A stretch of 64,000 nt of DNA from Minisyncoccota bacterium (GTDB lineage Bacteria; Patescibacteriota; Minisyncoccia; Phycocordibacterales; Phycocordibacteraceae), in contig JALHQL010000003.1 in the NCBI GenBank assembly GCA_022841985.1, positions 6,878-70,877 on the forward strand, given 5' to 3'. A program made the translations under genes and the position numbers. Below the pieces are notes generated by a model. That model made no database searches. It saw only the letters and a list, made by a program, of their open reading frames with translations, and was not told the DNA's origin. Each line of letters begins with the position of its first letter. Position 1 is the first letter of the stretch. This document shows positions 1-9,677 of the stretch, piece by piece.

Positions 1-177
1 GCCGCCGATGTGAAGGCAAATGCGGCCGTCTATCAAGAAATAATAGACGCCAATAAGACCGAAGCTCAGAAAGTCGGCATCAACGCAACACCTTCCTTTG
101 TCATTGACAAGCAGATGATTCAGGGAGCGTATCCATACGCGAATTTCAAAGCAGTGATAGACGAAGCTCTGAAGTAA
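1..177 (+). CDS. DsbA-like thiol:disulfide oxidoreductase, C-terminal fragment (5' end outside the window)
   Basis: Frame 1 is open from nt 1 to TAA at 175-177. The tail ...GINATPSFVIDKQMIQGAYPYANFKAVIDEALK resembles the C-terminus of DsbA/thioredoxin-fold proteins and of the DsbA-like gene at 60076..60723. Confidence 0.4.
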   Translation, partial: AADVKANAAVYQEIIDANKTEAQKVGINATPSFVIDKQMIQGAYPYANFKAVIDEALK

Positions 178-186
178 TCAGTAATG

Positions 187-225
187 CAATCGCAACACTC
201 CACACTCTGTGGAGTGTTGCGATTG
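187..225 (+). terminator. Rho-independent terminator-like hairpin (17-bp perfect stem, 5-nt loop)
   Basis: caatcgcaacactccac / gtggagtgttgcgattg inverted repeat, followed by a T-rich run. It lies directly after the stop of the upstream CDS. Confidence 0.5.
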
Positions 226-239
226 TTATAATTATTCGT

Positions 240-686
240 ATGCGAATTCATGAATTAGGCCATGTCGTGCTGTATGTTACCGAGCTCACACGGATGGCAA
301 ATTTCTATGAAAAAGTACTCGGTTTCAACCAGATTTCTCATGAATGGCCCATGGCACTTTTCTCGGGCGGCCGAACGCACCATGAGCTCTTGCTTATTGA
401 GGTTGGCGGCAATCCCCACGGAGCAGAACGCGTTCATGAATTACGGCCCGGCCTCTACCATATTGGCTTCAAGATTGGTGACGGTCCTGACGCTGCAAAG
501 AAGGCATATCTCGAACTCAAAGAAAAAGGTGTACACATAATTGGCATGACTGACCACGCTGTGACTCATAGCATTTATATTCTAGATCCTGATGGTAATG
601 AGCTCGAGCTTTATGCCGACGTGAGCAACGATTGGAGGAAAAATCCAAAGGTAGTTCTTGCGCCGCCGAAGCCTCTGAGGTTTTAA
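240..686 (+). CDS. VOC family protein (glyoxalase/bleomycin resistance/extradiol dioxygenase fold)
   Basis: 148 aa. MRIHELGHVVLYVTELTRMANFYEKVLGF... is a typical N-terminal beta-alpha-beta-beta-beta VOC module, with conserved H/E metal ligands (HHELLLIEV...HIGF). Confidence 0.65.
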   Translation: MRIHELGHVVLYVTELTRMANFYEKVLGFNQISHEWPMALFSGGRTHHELLLIEVGGNPHGAERVHELRPGLYHIGFKIGDGPDAAKKAYLELKEKGVHIIGMTDHAVTHSIYILDPDGNELELYADVSNDWRKNPKVVLAPPKPLRF

Positions 687-707
687 ACACTGTAGTATGA
701 TGGGGGC

Positions 708-1451
708 ATGACTCTAACTTGGATTTATACGCTTAGCAGCGTCGGCGTAGTTAGCCTTATTTCGCTCATAAGTATTTTTGCTTTAGCAATTAAACAAGAA
801 CGTCTTCAGAGTATTCTTCTGTACCTCGTGAGTTTTTCTGCCGGCGCATTACTCGGGGATGTATTTATTCACATCCTTCCGGAAATCATGGGGGGAGAAT
901 CAGCTTTGCGAAACGGCATATACGTGCTCGTTGGAATCATGCTTTTCTTCGTATTGGAGCGCGTTCTTATGTGGCACCATTCGCATAGCTCCCATGACGA
1001 AAAAATACATTCAGTCGCGTACCTCACCATCATTGGGGATGCGCTTCATAACTTTCTCGATGGTATTGCTATTGCAGCAGCTTTCTTAATAAGTATTCCC
1101 GTTGGTATAGCTACAGCCACCGCAGTCATCTTTCATGAAATTCCTCAAGAAATAGGGCAATTTGCCGTATTAGTACATGGGGGGTGGAGTAGAACAAAAG
1201 CGCTGCTGTATAACTTTTTTTCAGCGCTCACCGCGATTCTTGGAGCATTGCTGGTGTTGTTTTTTGCCAAGAGTTTTGAAGAAGCTCCTGCGGTATTGTT
1301 AGGACTGAGTGCTGCAAGTTTCGTCTATATCGCAATGTCAGATTTGATTCCTGAATTGCAAAAAGAACCCCATATAGGTCGATTCGCCCTCCAGTTGGTG
1401 TGGATGACGGCTGGTATTGGAATTATGGCAGCCCTACTTTTGCTTGAATAA
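708..1451 (+). CDS. ZIP family divalent metal (zinc) transporter
   Basis: 247 aa polytopic membrane protein with a His-rich loop (HHSHSSHDEKIH) and the ZIP signature helices HNFLDGIAI and HEIPQEIGQFAVL. Confidence 0.75.
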   Translation: MTLTWIYTLSSVGVVSLISLISIFALAIKQERLQSILLYLVSFSAGALLGDVFIHILPEIMGGESALRNGIYVLVGIMLFFVLERVLMWHHSHSSHDEKIHSVAYLTIIGDALHNFLDGIAIAAAFLISIPVGIATATAVIFHEIPQEIGQFAVLVHGGWSRTKALLYNFFSALTAILGALLVLFFAKSFEEAPAVLLGLSAASFVYIAMSDLIPELQKEPHIGRFALQLVWMTAGIGIMAALLLLE

Positions 1452-1474
1452 AATCGGCGGCATATACTTTCAGT

Positions 1475-1819
1475 ATGAAAATATTTTTCCACTGGGTTAC
1501 TTCGACTATCGCGATCTTAATAGCGGCATACATTGTCCCAGGCGTCATGGTAACCCCTGTCGGTGCACTCGTTGCTGCTGTGATTCTTGGCGCGATCAAT
1601 CTTTTCATTCGTCCAATTCTTCTCATTCTGACGCTCCCGATAACCATCCTTACGCTTGGTCTCTTCTCGATCGTCATAAACGCGTTTATGGTCATGCTGA
1701 CATCGTATCTCGTGCCCGGGTTGATAATTATTGGTTTTTGGCCGGCATTTTTCTTCGCACTCGTACTCTCTGTCGTAAATTGGGTTTTCAATATCTGGAA
1801 CCGTCCGTACTATGATTGA
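1475..1819 (+). CDS. Phage-holin-IV-like (DUF360-type) small membrane protein
   Basis: 114 aa with 3-4 TM helices. The motif GALVAAVILGAINLFIRPIL is typical of DUF360/YvlD-type proteins. Confidence 0.4.
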   Translation: MKIFFHWVTSTIAILIAAYIVPGVMVTPVGALVAAVILGAINLFIRPILLILTLPITILTLGLFSIVINAFMVMLTSYLVPGLIIIGFWPAFFFALVLSVVNWVFNIWNRPYYD

Positions 1820-2021
1820 TCCTGAACTCTCCGCCAAGCTCGAAGAAATTTCTGCAAAAGCAGACCGTGCATATCGTGCTTCAGAAAGTGTCCGCAGATA
1901 TCTCTTTTGGACGGGCGTTATTACCCTCGCCCTTTTTGTATTACCACTCATCGGTCTCGCATTCGCACTTCCTCAATTTGTTAGCTCCTATGTCGCAACT
2001 CTAAACGGACTCGGTCTCTAG
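1812..2021 (+). CDS. Small hypothetical membrane protein
   Basis: 69 aa with one predicted TM segment. It overlaps the upstream gene by 8 nt. No recognisable domain. Confidence 0.25.
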   Translation: MIDPELSAKLEEISAKADRAYRASESVRRYLFWTGVITLALFVLPLIGLAFALPQFVSSYVATLNGLGL

Positions 2022-2054
2022 CATTTACTTGACGATGAAGCCGCCAAGGGGATG

Positions 2055-2711
2055 CTAAACCCCTCGTTTGCCACGAGCGAGATTGGTAATAATAGGAAGA
2101 AAGGAGATGGCGATGATTACGAGCGCGATAGGGGCCACGTATTTCCAGCTATTTGGAATCACCGAGCCGAGAAGGAAACCAAAAAGCGTCATTCCTGTAC
2201 CCCATAAGATCGCACCGATAACGTTGTATGCAAGAAATTTCCTATAGGTCATAGAACCAGCGCCAGCAAGGATAGGCGCGATAGTACGTACGACGGGTAC
2301 AAATCGCGCAAGAATAATCGCCCGACCGCCATATTTCTGGTAAAAACGCTCAGTGCGTCTGAGATATTCTTGTTTGAAATACCATGAATCCTTACGGTCC
2401 TGGAGATGGTCTCCTACCTTTGCTCCAAACCAGTATCCAACCGAGTCGCCAAGTATCGCAGCGATCACAATGATCGTTATAAGAGGTCCTATAGAGAAAA
2501 AATTATTTGTCGCGAGAAGCCCTGCGACGAAAAGCAACGAGTCGCCGGGAAGGAACATGCCGACAAGAAGCCCGCTCTCAGCAAAAACGAGGAGGGCGAT
2601 ACCGATATAACCCCCTGTCTGCAGAATAGCAATCGGGTCGAGCTGTATACATGCCAAAAAGAAATTGATCATTCGGGTACAGTATACTAGAACAAATGGA
2701 ATCAGCACCAA
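2055..2711 (-). CDS. DedA family (VTT domain) membrane protein
   Basis: 218 aa. The DedA signature is GYIGIALLVFAESGLLVGMFLPGDSLLFVAGLL, with further TM helices. Confidence 0.75.
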   Translation of the reverse strand: MVLIPFVLVYCTRMINFFLACIQLDPIAILQTGGYIGIALLVFAESGLLVGMFLPGDSLLFVAGLLATNNFFSIGPLITIIVIAAILGDSVGYWFGAKVGDHLQDRKDSWYFKQEYLRRTERFYQKYGGRAIILARFVPVVRTIAPILAGAGSMTYRKFLAYNVIGAILWGTGMTLFGFLLGSVIPNSWKYVAPIALVIIAISFLPIITNLARGKRGV

Positions 2712-5458
2712 AATTATCTACGCCAGAAGATGAGCTTGCGTATCTCCGCGAGCAGGTGATGCGCAAAGAGGCAGAGCTCGCGAAAGGCGGGACTCGCGAG
2801 CGAGTCAAGATTATTTCTGAACAGATACACGAACATGCTGCGGCTCCTTCCGAAATGCTTACAAACGGATATCGCATGAACGAAGCTTCTGTAAGCGGCG
2901 CTGCAGACCAAATACTTGCCGAACTCAATCTTGGCGGTAGTGAACAGGCTATCAAGAGCTTGCAGCAAACTATAGAAAAAAAGGGAATCAAGAATGCGCT
3001 TTCCGTACTTGAAAAACTGCACGATCCGCATGTCGCAGACGACTTCCATCGGTATCTTGTACGTTACGTAGCTGCCGGCCTGCTTGCTCCCGGATACGAT
3101 GAGAAGGCGCCTCGTTTCCAGGCACTTAAAATGACCTTGTATGAAATTGCGCTTCCGGGGCCGAAAAATGCGGAGACACATGACCGCACCAAAACGCTCA
3201 AAGAACTTATTTCCGGAATGGAACAATTCTATGCCGGCCTTCTTTCGGTTGAAGATGCAAACTTGGGCGAGCCTCACTACTATGCACTCGAACTCGCAGT
3301 GCCCGCTGATAGTCCCGAGCTCCAATTTTATGCTGCGGTGCCAAATGGGAAGCGAAACCTTTTTGAAAAACAGCTCCTCGCCATATTCCCCGACGCACAC
3401 CTCGTGCCACAACCATCTGACTACAATATTTTCGCTTCAGGCGGCGTTTCGCTCGCCTCGACTGCAACTTTTACAGAGAATCCAGCCTTGCCGCTTAAAG
3501 ATTACACCGACTTCGATTATGACCCTATCAATGCGATTACAAATGCGTTTGCCAAGATAGAACACACGGGTGAAGGCGCTGCACTCCAAATCATCATCGC
3601 TCCAAAGGGAGAGCGGCATGTGAAGCATTATCGAAAAATTCTTCAAGCTTTACGCAAGGGAGAAAAGCATTCTTCGGCATTTAGCATTCCAGACACGGCT
3701 TTAGGCGCCTTTGCGCGCGATATCGGGCGAACTCTTTTTTCAAACAAGCCGAAAGATGTGGTGAAAGCAAAAGAGGCCGAGACGCGCCAGATCGAGGCAA
3801 ACAAAGCGTACATTGAACAGGTAGAAAAGAAGATTGCGGCCCCTATTGTTGGCGTGACGTTGCGGCTAGTAACTTCCTCCAAGGATGAACACACTGCCGA
3901 ACAAGTGCTCGGCGAGCTTGAGGCGGCGTTTAACCAGTTCGCGAATACGCAAGGGAATCGATTCACATTTGCGCGCGCCGCTCCGCGGCGCGCGCAAGAA
4001 ATTCTCAATGATTTTTCCTTCCGTTTGCCGGACGCGGCGCGTACCCTCCCGTTGTCGCTTCGCGAACTCACGACTATATATCACTTTCCACCATCCGGCA
4101 TCGAGAGCTCTCCGCACTTGAAGCAGGCACGCTTCACACATGCTCCTGCACCTCTTTCGTTACCGCAGTCAGGGGTGCTTCTTGGTATCAATAACTACCG
4201 CGGACAAGAAACACATCTTCATCTCGCTCCAGAGGATCGTTTGCGGCATCTTTACATCATTGGTCAAACAGGTACCGGTAAAACCGGGCTTATGAAGTCG
4301 ATGATCGTGCAAGATATTAAAAATGGCGAAGGTTGCTGCTTTATTGATCCACACGGCTCCGATATCTTAGACATTCTTGCTGCGATACCTCCTGAGCGCT
4401 ACAAAGATATAATTTATTTTGATCCTGCAGATATTTCTCGTCCATTTGGTCTTAATTTTCTCGAGTATGATCTTTCGCGTCCCGAACAGAAAACGTTCAT
4501 TGTGAATGAGTTATTGATGATCTTCCGCAGACTCTACGGCGATGTACCGGAGTCTATGGGACCGGCTTTTGAACAATATTTTCGCAATGCAACTCTGCTC
4601 GTGATGGAGGATCCGACGAGTGGTTCAACGATACTCGATATCGCTCGGGTTCTTTCTAATAAAGAGTTTCGAGAACAGAAACTTGCGAAGAGCATGAATC
4701 CTGTTGTGAACCAATTTTGGAGCGAAATTGCGACAAAAGCTGGCGGCGATGCCGCTCTTGAAAATATCGTCCCGTACATTACGAATAAATTTGACGATTT
4801 CACTGCCAACGACTTTATCCGCCCGATTGTGGGGCAGCAAGAGTCTTCCTTTAAATTTCGCGAGGTCATGGACACAAAGAAAATTCTCCTTATCAATCTT
4901 TCTAAAGGCCGTCTTGGTGAGAAAAATGCGAATCTTCTTGGTCTTATCATTGTCGGGAAGCTCTTCATGGCAGCACTCTCTCGTGCAGATAATCCGCGAG
5001 CGCCGTATCCACCGTTTTATCTCTATATCGACGAGTTCCAAAACGTTACGACCGATTCTATCCCCGGGATTCTCTCCGAGGCACGCAAATACAAGCTCGC
5101 GCTTACGGTAGCGCATCAGTTCCTCACCCAGATAGAGGAGAAGACGCGCAATGCGGTGTTTGGCAACGTCGGGAATATGGCGGTCTTCCGTACTGGCGAA
5201 GAGGATGCGGAGTTCTTCGCTAAGCAATTCGCCCCTGTTTTCGAAGCGCTTGATTTCGTCAATATAGAAAACTACAATGCGTATGTGAAAATTCTCGCGA
5301 AAGGCATTCCTCAAAAACCTTTTGACATGAAAACGCCGCCCTTGCCTCAAACAAATCTGGCTCAGATAGATGATCTTATTCACCTCTCATCGCTCACGTA
5401 TGGTCGCGACCGTGCTACAGTCGAAAATATGATTCGCGAGCGCTATCTTTCGAAATAA
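2696..5458 (+). CDS. FtsK/HerA/TraG-superfamily P-loop ATPase (DUF87/TraD-VirD4-like C-terminal half) with an ~480-aa uncharacterised soluble N-terminal region and no TM segment
   Basis: 920 aa. Walker A is IIGQTGTGKTGL. Walker B is YLYIDEFQNV. It is followed by ILSEARKYKLALTVAHQFLTQI, resembling the arginine-finger/Q-x-x-x-QL region of TraD/VirD4/FtsK ATPases. The N-terminal half has no match I recognise. Confidence 0.6.
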   Translation: MESAPKLSTPEDELAYLREQVMRKEAELAKGGTRERVKIISEQIHEHAAAPSEMLTNGYRMNEASVSGAADQILAELNLGGSEQAIKSLQQTIEKKGIKNALSVLEKLHDPHVADDFHRYLVRYVAAGLLAPGYDEKAPRFQALKMTLYEIALPGPKNAETHDRTKTLKELISGMEQFYAGLLSVEDANLGEPHYYALELAVPADSPELQFYAAVPNGKRNLFEKQLLAIFPDAHLVPQPSDYNIFASGGVSLASTATFTENPALPLKDYTDFDYDPINAITNAFAKIEHTGEGAALQIIIAPKGERHVKHYRKILQALRKGEKHSSAFSIPDTALGAFARDIGRTLFSNKPKDVVKAKEAETRQIEANKAYIEQVEKKIAAPIVGVTLRLVTSSKDEHTAEQVLGELEAAFNQFANTQGNRFTFARAAPRRAQEILNDFSFRLPDAARTLPLSLRELTTIYHFPPSGIESSPHLKQARFTHAPAPLSLPQSGVLLGINNYRGQETHLHLAPEDRLRHLYIIGQTGTGKTGLMKSMIVQDIKNGEGCCFIDPHGSDILDILAAIPPERYKDIIYFDPADISRPFGLNFLEYDLSRPEQKTFIVNELLMIFRRLYGDVPESMGPAFEQYFRNATLLVMEDPTSGSTILDIARVLSNKEFREQKLAKSMNPVVNQFWSEIATKAGGDAALENIVPYITNKFDDFTANDFIRPIVGQQESSFKFREVMDTKKILLINLSKGRLGEKNANLLGLIIVGKLFMAALSRADNPRAPYPPFYLYIDEFQNVTTDSIPGILSEARKYKLALTVAHQFLTQIEEKTRNAVFGNVGNMAVFRTGEEDAEFFAKQFAPVFEALDFVNIENYNAYVKILAKGIPQKPFDMKTPPLPQTNLAQIDDLIHLSSLTYGRDRATVENMIRERYLSK

Positions 5459-5461
5459 TCC

Positions 5462-8116
5462 ATGTCCGAAAAGCGGCCACGCGGGAAGAAAGCAGAATAT
5501 CCGGAATTCGATCCTAAGCCAGCTTTGGAAAAGCTCATTAATAAAGCATCAAAACCCTCCGGAAAGACAGCGGTAGAATCGAGTAGGGAAGCACATCAAG
5601 AAAAACAACCAGAAGCTCCAACTGAATCTCTGTCTGAGAAAGAACTTGAAAAACTCCTTCTGGACGCGGCTATTCGAAACATTGAGAGTCCAGATAGTTT
5701 TAAGGAAGTACTTAGGACGGTATTTGAGCGCACGGGTGGAATTTCTCCTGTTAATCTCGAAAGAATAAGAGCCTCCGCAAAACAGCATCTTGTCGGACCT
5801 GGTAATTATGATGAAGTTGAAAAATATATCAATGAGGAGGGATATAGATCGAAGGATCCCGTATCAAAGGAGCAGTCCAAAACTCCAGTTGAATCTCTAT
5901 CCAAGGAGCAATTGGGAAATCACATAATAAGTAGAGAAAACGATGCGTTTTTGCAGGAGTATCTTGGAAGATTTGATACTCTCAATTTCAAACCAGGATT
6001 TTTACCTGAAGAACTAGCTAAAGAGACAAATGATGCTCAACTTCAAATTTTTCTTAAAAAAATAAATGAGGAAAGAAAGCCTCTTGGAGTAACGTTTTTA
6101 AAATATATCAATGAACTGAGAGAGGCTGGCGCATCGCCTGAAGCAATTCAAACAATGATGGATGTAGCTGAAAAAAGGCTTGATACAGACATGTTTAAAA
6201 AACTGCAAGGCTTTGTTTACAATGAACAGGTGCATTACGAAGATAAAGAAAAAGGTAAAGAAGCAGTCGAAAAAAACGAAGTAGGACTCTCAAAGGGGGG
6301 TGTTGTCGCTGTCAGTCCAGAGTCAGGAGGCATTGTTCCAGAGAACCTTCCCCATGGTTCACCGGATGAGTTAGAAAAATTTGAAAAAGGCCTCATTGAA
6401 AGCGTGGGAAAATGGAAGAAAAAAAGAAATAAAATTGGTTCAAAAGAATCTCTCCAGGCGAATATGCCAATAGTTGCTGATGATCCTTCTATTGTTGATG
6501 CTGAATGGAGATCTGTATCGACACGGAGAATGGTAGAGGATGCTCGGGAGACTGTATCGTCTCCGCCACAGGATGAGCCCATCGTGTCACATACAGAAGT
6601 TCCCAAAGGTACTTTTTTTACTCCGGAGCAGGAAGAGCATCTATCAGGGGAGAGACATGAAGCATGGGAGCCTACGACACGCGCGGAGTTTATAGCGGAA
6701 TTACGTAATCTCATTTTCGGAGAAAGGAAGAGCAGAGGAAGTAATGAGCAGAACGAAGGACTAAAGACATATATTACAAAACGTTCGGAAGAATTGGGAG
6801 AAAAGGCGAAAGAATATGGTCCTATAGTCGCGGGATATATTGGTAATAAAATCGAGCGATACAATAAGTTGGGTTGGAAGACGAAGCTTGCTATCACCGG
6901 GGCTCTTGTGGCTGGAACCGCGCTTTCTGCAGGAGTTCCGGGAATTATCTCGGGAGGTTTTACTGCCGCCTTATGGAGCCAGCGTGCCATTGGAGCTATT
7001 GGCATGGGTATAAACAAGCGTAAAAAACTTGATGCCGAAATAGCCGCAAATCCGGAGCACAAACTTGCGGGGAAGTCTGAGTGGGAAAAAAATAAGCATG
7101 CAGCTTTGTACGCCACAGGATATATGTTGGCCACGTCAGGAGCCGTATACTTGGGCGTCGAAGGGTTAAAGGCGGCCGCAGAGAGCGAGTGGCTCGCCAA
7201 TATGCTCGGGCATCATTCAGATAGTTTAGAAATGTCTGAATCTTCAATCGAAGTTTTGCCGGACCCGACATCCGTACAAGAGTTAGATCCAACACTTTTT
7301 GCAGAAGAAAAAGGCAATGATCAATTGCGAATTCTTGCGGAGACTTCTTTAGCGAAACACTTGACGCCAAATGAGTGGGCTGTCCTCAATAATCATATAG
7401 CGAGCCTCACGCCTCGAGAGCGGTCTATTTTTGATCAGTTCACCACCGAATATTCAAACAAAATTAACGCTGGACAAGATGTTCCGGAACAAATTCTGAA
7501 CAATATGCCGGGTAATTCAGAAACACCCCCTCCCGATCTTTCTAGCCCAGAAGCGGCTACAATCGTTCCTGATACAGAGATTACAGAAAAATCTCTCGGC
7601 GCACAGTCGACAGATGCACCCTTCGGGTATGACCCTATTGATGGGCATGCTATGTCCGAACTGGAAGCTCAGAAGTTAGCTGATCTCAGGAACGCCATGC
7701 ACGAGGAAACCGCGAGAGAGGCGGGCGGAATGCCGCCTCGTCAGACGGAAGAAAAAGGATTTTTTGAAAAGCTCTTCGGTTCGTCTGACGAAAATCCGAC
7801 AGAGACAGTTGGTCAGTTCAGCATCGATTCTGTATCCGCGGCAGAACCACACATATATGCTGATGCGGACGGGCACTTATTCGCCCATGGCGGCTCAATC
7901 GAGGCTAGAATAGAGGAAATCCAAAAATTTCTCACTGAGAATCCAGATAAAATCGTATATGGCACAGATGACAATGGTCAATACCGGATTCCTTGGTATC
8001 TATATGAAGGTCGAGCACTCCCAAGTGAGCCGGTACGCACTAATGGCTTTTTCGGATTCGGGTCGGTGCTTATGGATGCGGCAAAGCCTGAAGAATTTGT
8101 AAAAAAGATTAAATAA
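5462..8116 (+). CDS. Large acidic, low-complexity hypothetical protein with a central two-helix membrane anchor
   Basis: 884 aa. Starts 3 nt after the ATPase stop. K/E-rich, with repeated KTPVESLSKEQL / EAPTESLSEKELEKL motifs. The hydrophobic pair is KTKLAITGALVAGTALSAGVPGIISGGFTAALW...YATGYMLATSGAVYLGV. No recognisable domain. Confidence 0.5.
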   Translation: MSEKRPRGKKAEYPEFDPKPALEKLINKASKPSGKTAVESSREAHQEKQPEAPTESLSEKELEKLLLDAAIRNIESPDSFKEVLRTVFERTGGISPVNLERIRASAKQHLVGPGNYDEVEKYINEEGYRSKDPVSKEQSKTPVESLSKEQLGNHIISRENDAFLQEYLGRFDTLNFKPGFLPEELAKETNDAQLQIFLKKINEERKPLGVTFLKYINELREAGASPEAIQTMMDVAEKRLDTDMFKKLQGFVYNEQVHYEDKEKGKEAVEKNEVGLSKGGVVAVSPESGGIVPENLPHGSPDELEKFEKGLIESVGKWKKKRNKIGSKESLQANMPIVADDPSIVDAEWRSVSTRRMVEDARETVSSPPQDEPIVSHTEVPKGTFFTPEQEEHLSGERHEAWEPTTRAEFIAELRNLIFGERKSRGSNEQNEGLKTYITKRSEELGEKAKEYGPIVAGYIGNKIERYNKLGWKTKLAITGALVAGTALSAGVPGIISGGFTAALWSQRAIGAIGMGINKRKKLDAEIAANPEHKLAGKSEWEKNKHAALYATGYMLATSGAVYLGVEGLKAAAESEWLANMLGHHSDSLEMSESSIEVLPDPTSVQELDPTLFAEEKGNDQLRILAETSLAKHLTPNEWAVLNNHIASLTPRERSIFDQFTTEYSNKINAGQDVPEQILNNMPGNSETPPPDLSSPEAATIVPDTEITEKSLGAQSTDAPFGYDPIDGHAMSELEAQKLADLRNAMHEETAREAGGMPPRQTEEKGFFEKLFGSSDENPTETVGQFSIDSVSAAEPHIYADADGHLFAHGGSIEARIEEIQKFLTENPDKIVYGTDDNGQYRIPWYLYEGRALPSEPVRTNGFFGFGSVLMDAAKPEEFVKKIK

Positions 8117-8124
8117 CTCATGCT

Positions 8125-8433
8125 ATGATTCCACCTATGCAAGATGAAATGACCGCACTTATTGCTAAAGATCTCGGTATTAAAGATCTTCCTCTCGAAG
8201 AACAGCACTCTCTCATCGCGCAGTTCGGTGAGATAGCACTCAAAGCCGCCACCTTTGCGGTCGTAGGGAAACTTACCAATGATAAGCGAGATGAATTTGC
8301 GAAGCTTGCACAGGCGGGAGATCCAACTGCACTCAAGACATTCCTTGATCACGAAGTCCCCGGACATGAAAACATAGCAAAAGCCGCGGTTGCCGAAGAG
8401 GTAAAGCGGTTTAAGGCTTTTCAAGCCCCGTAG
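8125..8433 (+). CDS. Hypothetical small protein
   Basis: 102 aa, soluble, helical. It follows the large protein after an 8-nt gap. No recognised domain. Confidence 0.35.
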   Translation: MIPPMQDEMTALIAKDLGIKDLPLEEQHSLIAQFGEIALKAATFAVVGKLTNDKRDEFAKLAQAGDPTALKTFLDHEVPGHENIAKAAVAEEVKRFKAFQAP

Positions 8434-8464
8434 TATACTTGCCTTGTAATTATTATTTATTGAT

Positions 8465-8968
8465 ATGCAACCAACTCAAACCGGTATCGCCACTGCGCTT
8501 GCGCTCGTCGTCGTTATTACATTTTTCATTTTCCCGGGCCTCTTGCCTTTTAGGGCAGCAGCCCCTGCAAATGAGATGAACCCTGAAATTACCAATACTC
8601 AAACAGTACCTACTACTATGCCTACCGAAACTGAACTTAAAATAACTGATGAAATCGTGGGCACTGGTGCTGCTGCGGCAGCAGGTGACAGTGTGACGGT
8701 GCAGTATGTCGGATCACTCACAAACGGTGCTGTCTTTGATGCCTCTGCCAATCACGGAACCACTGGCTTCACCTTTACTCTCGGAGTGGGGCAGGTAATC
8801 CAGGGTTGGGATCAGGGTATAGTCGGTATGAAAGAAGGAGGGAAGCGCAAACTCGTTATTCCTGCATCGCTTGCATACGGCGATCGAGGAGCTGGAAACA
8901 TTATTCCGCCAGGTGCGACGCTTGTCTTTGTAGTGGAGCTGCTAAAGGTACAGAAGAGAGCTCGCTAA
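8465..8968 (+). CDS. FKBP-type peptidyl-prolyl cis-trans isomerase, membrane-anchored/secreted
   Basis: 167 aa with an N-terminal hydrophobic segment. The FKBP core is VQYVGSLTNGAVFDAS...GQVIQGWDQGIVGMKEGGKRKLVIPASLAYGDRGAGNIIPPGATLVFVVELLKV. Confidence 0.8.
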   Translation: MQPTQTGIATALALVVVITFFIFPGLLPFRAAAPANEMNPEITNTQTVPTTMPTETELKITDEIVGTGAAAAAGDSVTVQYVGSLTNGAVFDASANHGTTGFTFTLGVGQVIQGWDQGIVGMKEGGKRKLVIPASLAYGDRGAGNIIPPGATLVFVVELLKVQKRAR

Positions 8969-8987
8969 GACAAATAGACAAAAGAAA

Positions 8988-9019
8988 ATGGGCGGGAGTC
9001 TTTCGAGACTCCCGCCCAT
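8988..9019. terminator. Bidirectional terminator-like hairpin between convergent genes
   Basis: atgggcgggagtct ttcg agactcccgcccat, a 14-bp perfect stem, lying between the FKBP stop and the minus-strand lipoprotein stop. Confidence 0.5.
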
Positions 9020-9025
9020 GTTGTG

Positions 9026-9559
9026 TTATGGATACACACTCTCAATAATCGGTTGCACTTTATATGCCGGGAATCGGTGTAGCATTTCTCTGCCACAATT
9101 CTGGAAGGTATAATCCTTTCCAGAGAGAGTTATGGCTCCATACGGGATTCCGAATGCACCGCCTGCAGCTGCACCGTACGTACCGTACTGGCTCGCAATA
9201 GCCCCAGGAAAGGCAAGGGAACCCAGGTAGCCTCCCAAGAATCCTGATGCGGCGAAAATAGTAGCATCCCAGGTGAGTGTTACCAGATTGTGAGGATGTG
9301 TAATGCGCGTTAATTCTGCGCAAGCTTCCTCCACTCGGGAAACCGCCTCTAATTGTTTAGAGGTTGGACTTTCTCCGGATACGACGTAGCTTATTGCTGA
9401 GCCAAGTCGCGCCCATTTCGGAACGTAGTTTTGATGCGTTACAATTGTTGCTCTCTCGCCATCGGGCATGGTAAGCGGAATCAGCTTCCGCTCACCTTGA
9501 CTGGCACATCCAGAAACGAAAAGTGCCATTGCTAGAACCGGGCACGTTAGTCTCCGCAT
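9026..9559 (-). CDS. Lipoprotein (LxxC lipobox) with a C-terminal glycine-zipper-like segment
   Basis: 177 aa. MRRLTCPVLAMALFVSGCASQ fits signal peptidase II. The C-terminal GAIASQYGTYGAAAGGAFGIPYGAI is a glycine zipper. Confidence 0.5.
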   Translation of the reverse strand: MRRLTCPVLAMALFVSGCASQGERKLIPLTMPDGERATIVTHQNYVPKWARLGSAISYVVSGESPTSKQLEAVSRVEEACAELTRITHPHNLVTLTWDATIFAASGFLGGYLGSLAFPGAIASQYGTYGAAAGGAFGIPYGAITLSGKDYTFQNCGREMLHRFPAYKVQPIIESVYP

Positions 9560-9677
9560 TGGAACACCCCCTCCCTCTATGACTGGTTAATTATGTTGTG
9601 TACAAAATCCCCTGAGGAACATGATACAGGATAATCTGTATTTGTCAATACAGACCAGGTACGTTACTCTGGCATAC

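Noticed and set aside
4625-5383. 252-aa antisense ORF inside the ATPase gene. Similar long antisense ORFs: 6235..7200, 11740..12270, 26584..27156, 47339..47824, 52783..53310.
   Set aside because: Each lies opposite a sense-strand ORF with clear family motifs. The translations are low-complexity R/S/A-rich with no recognisable domain, as expected for shadow ORFs on the reverse strand.
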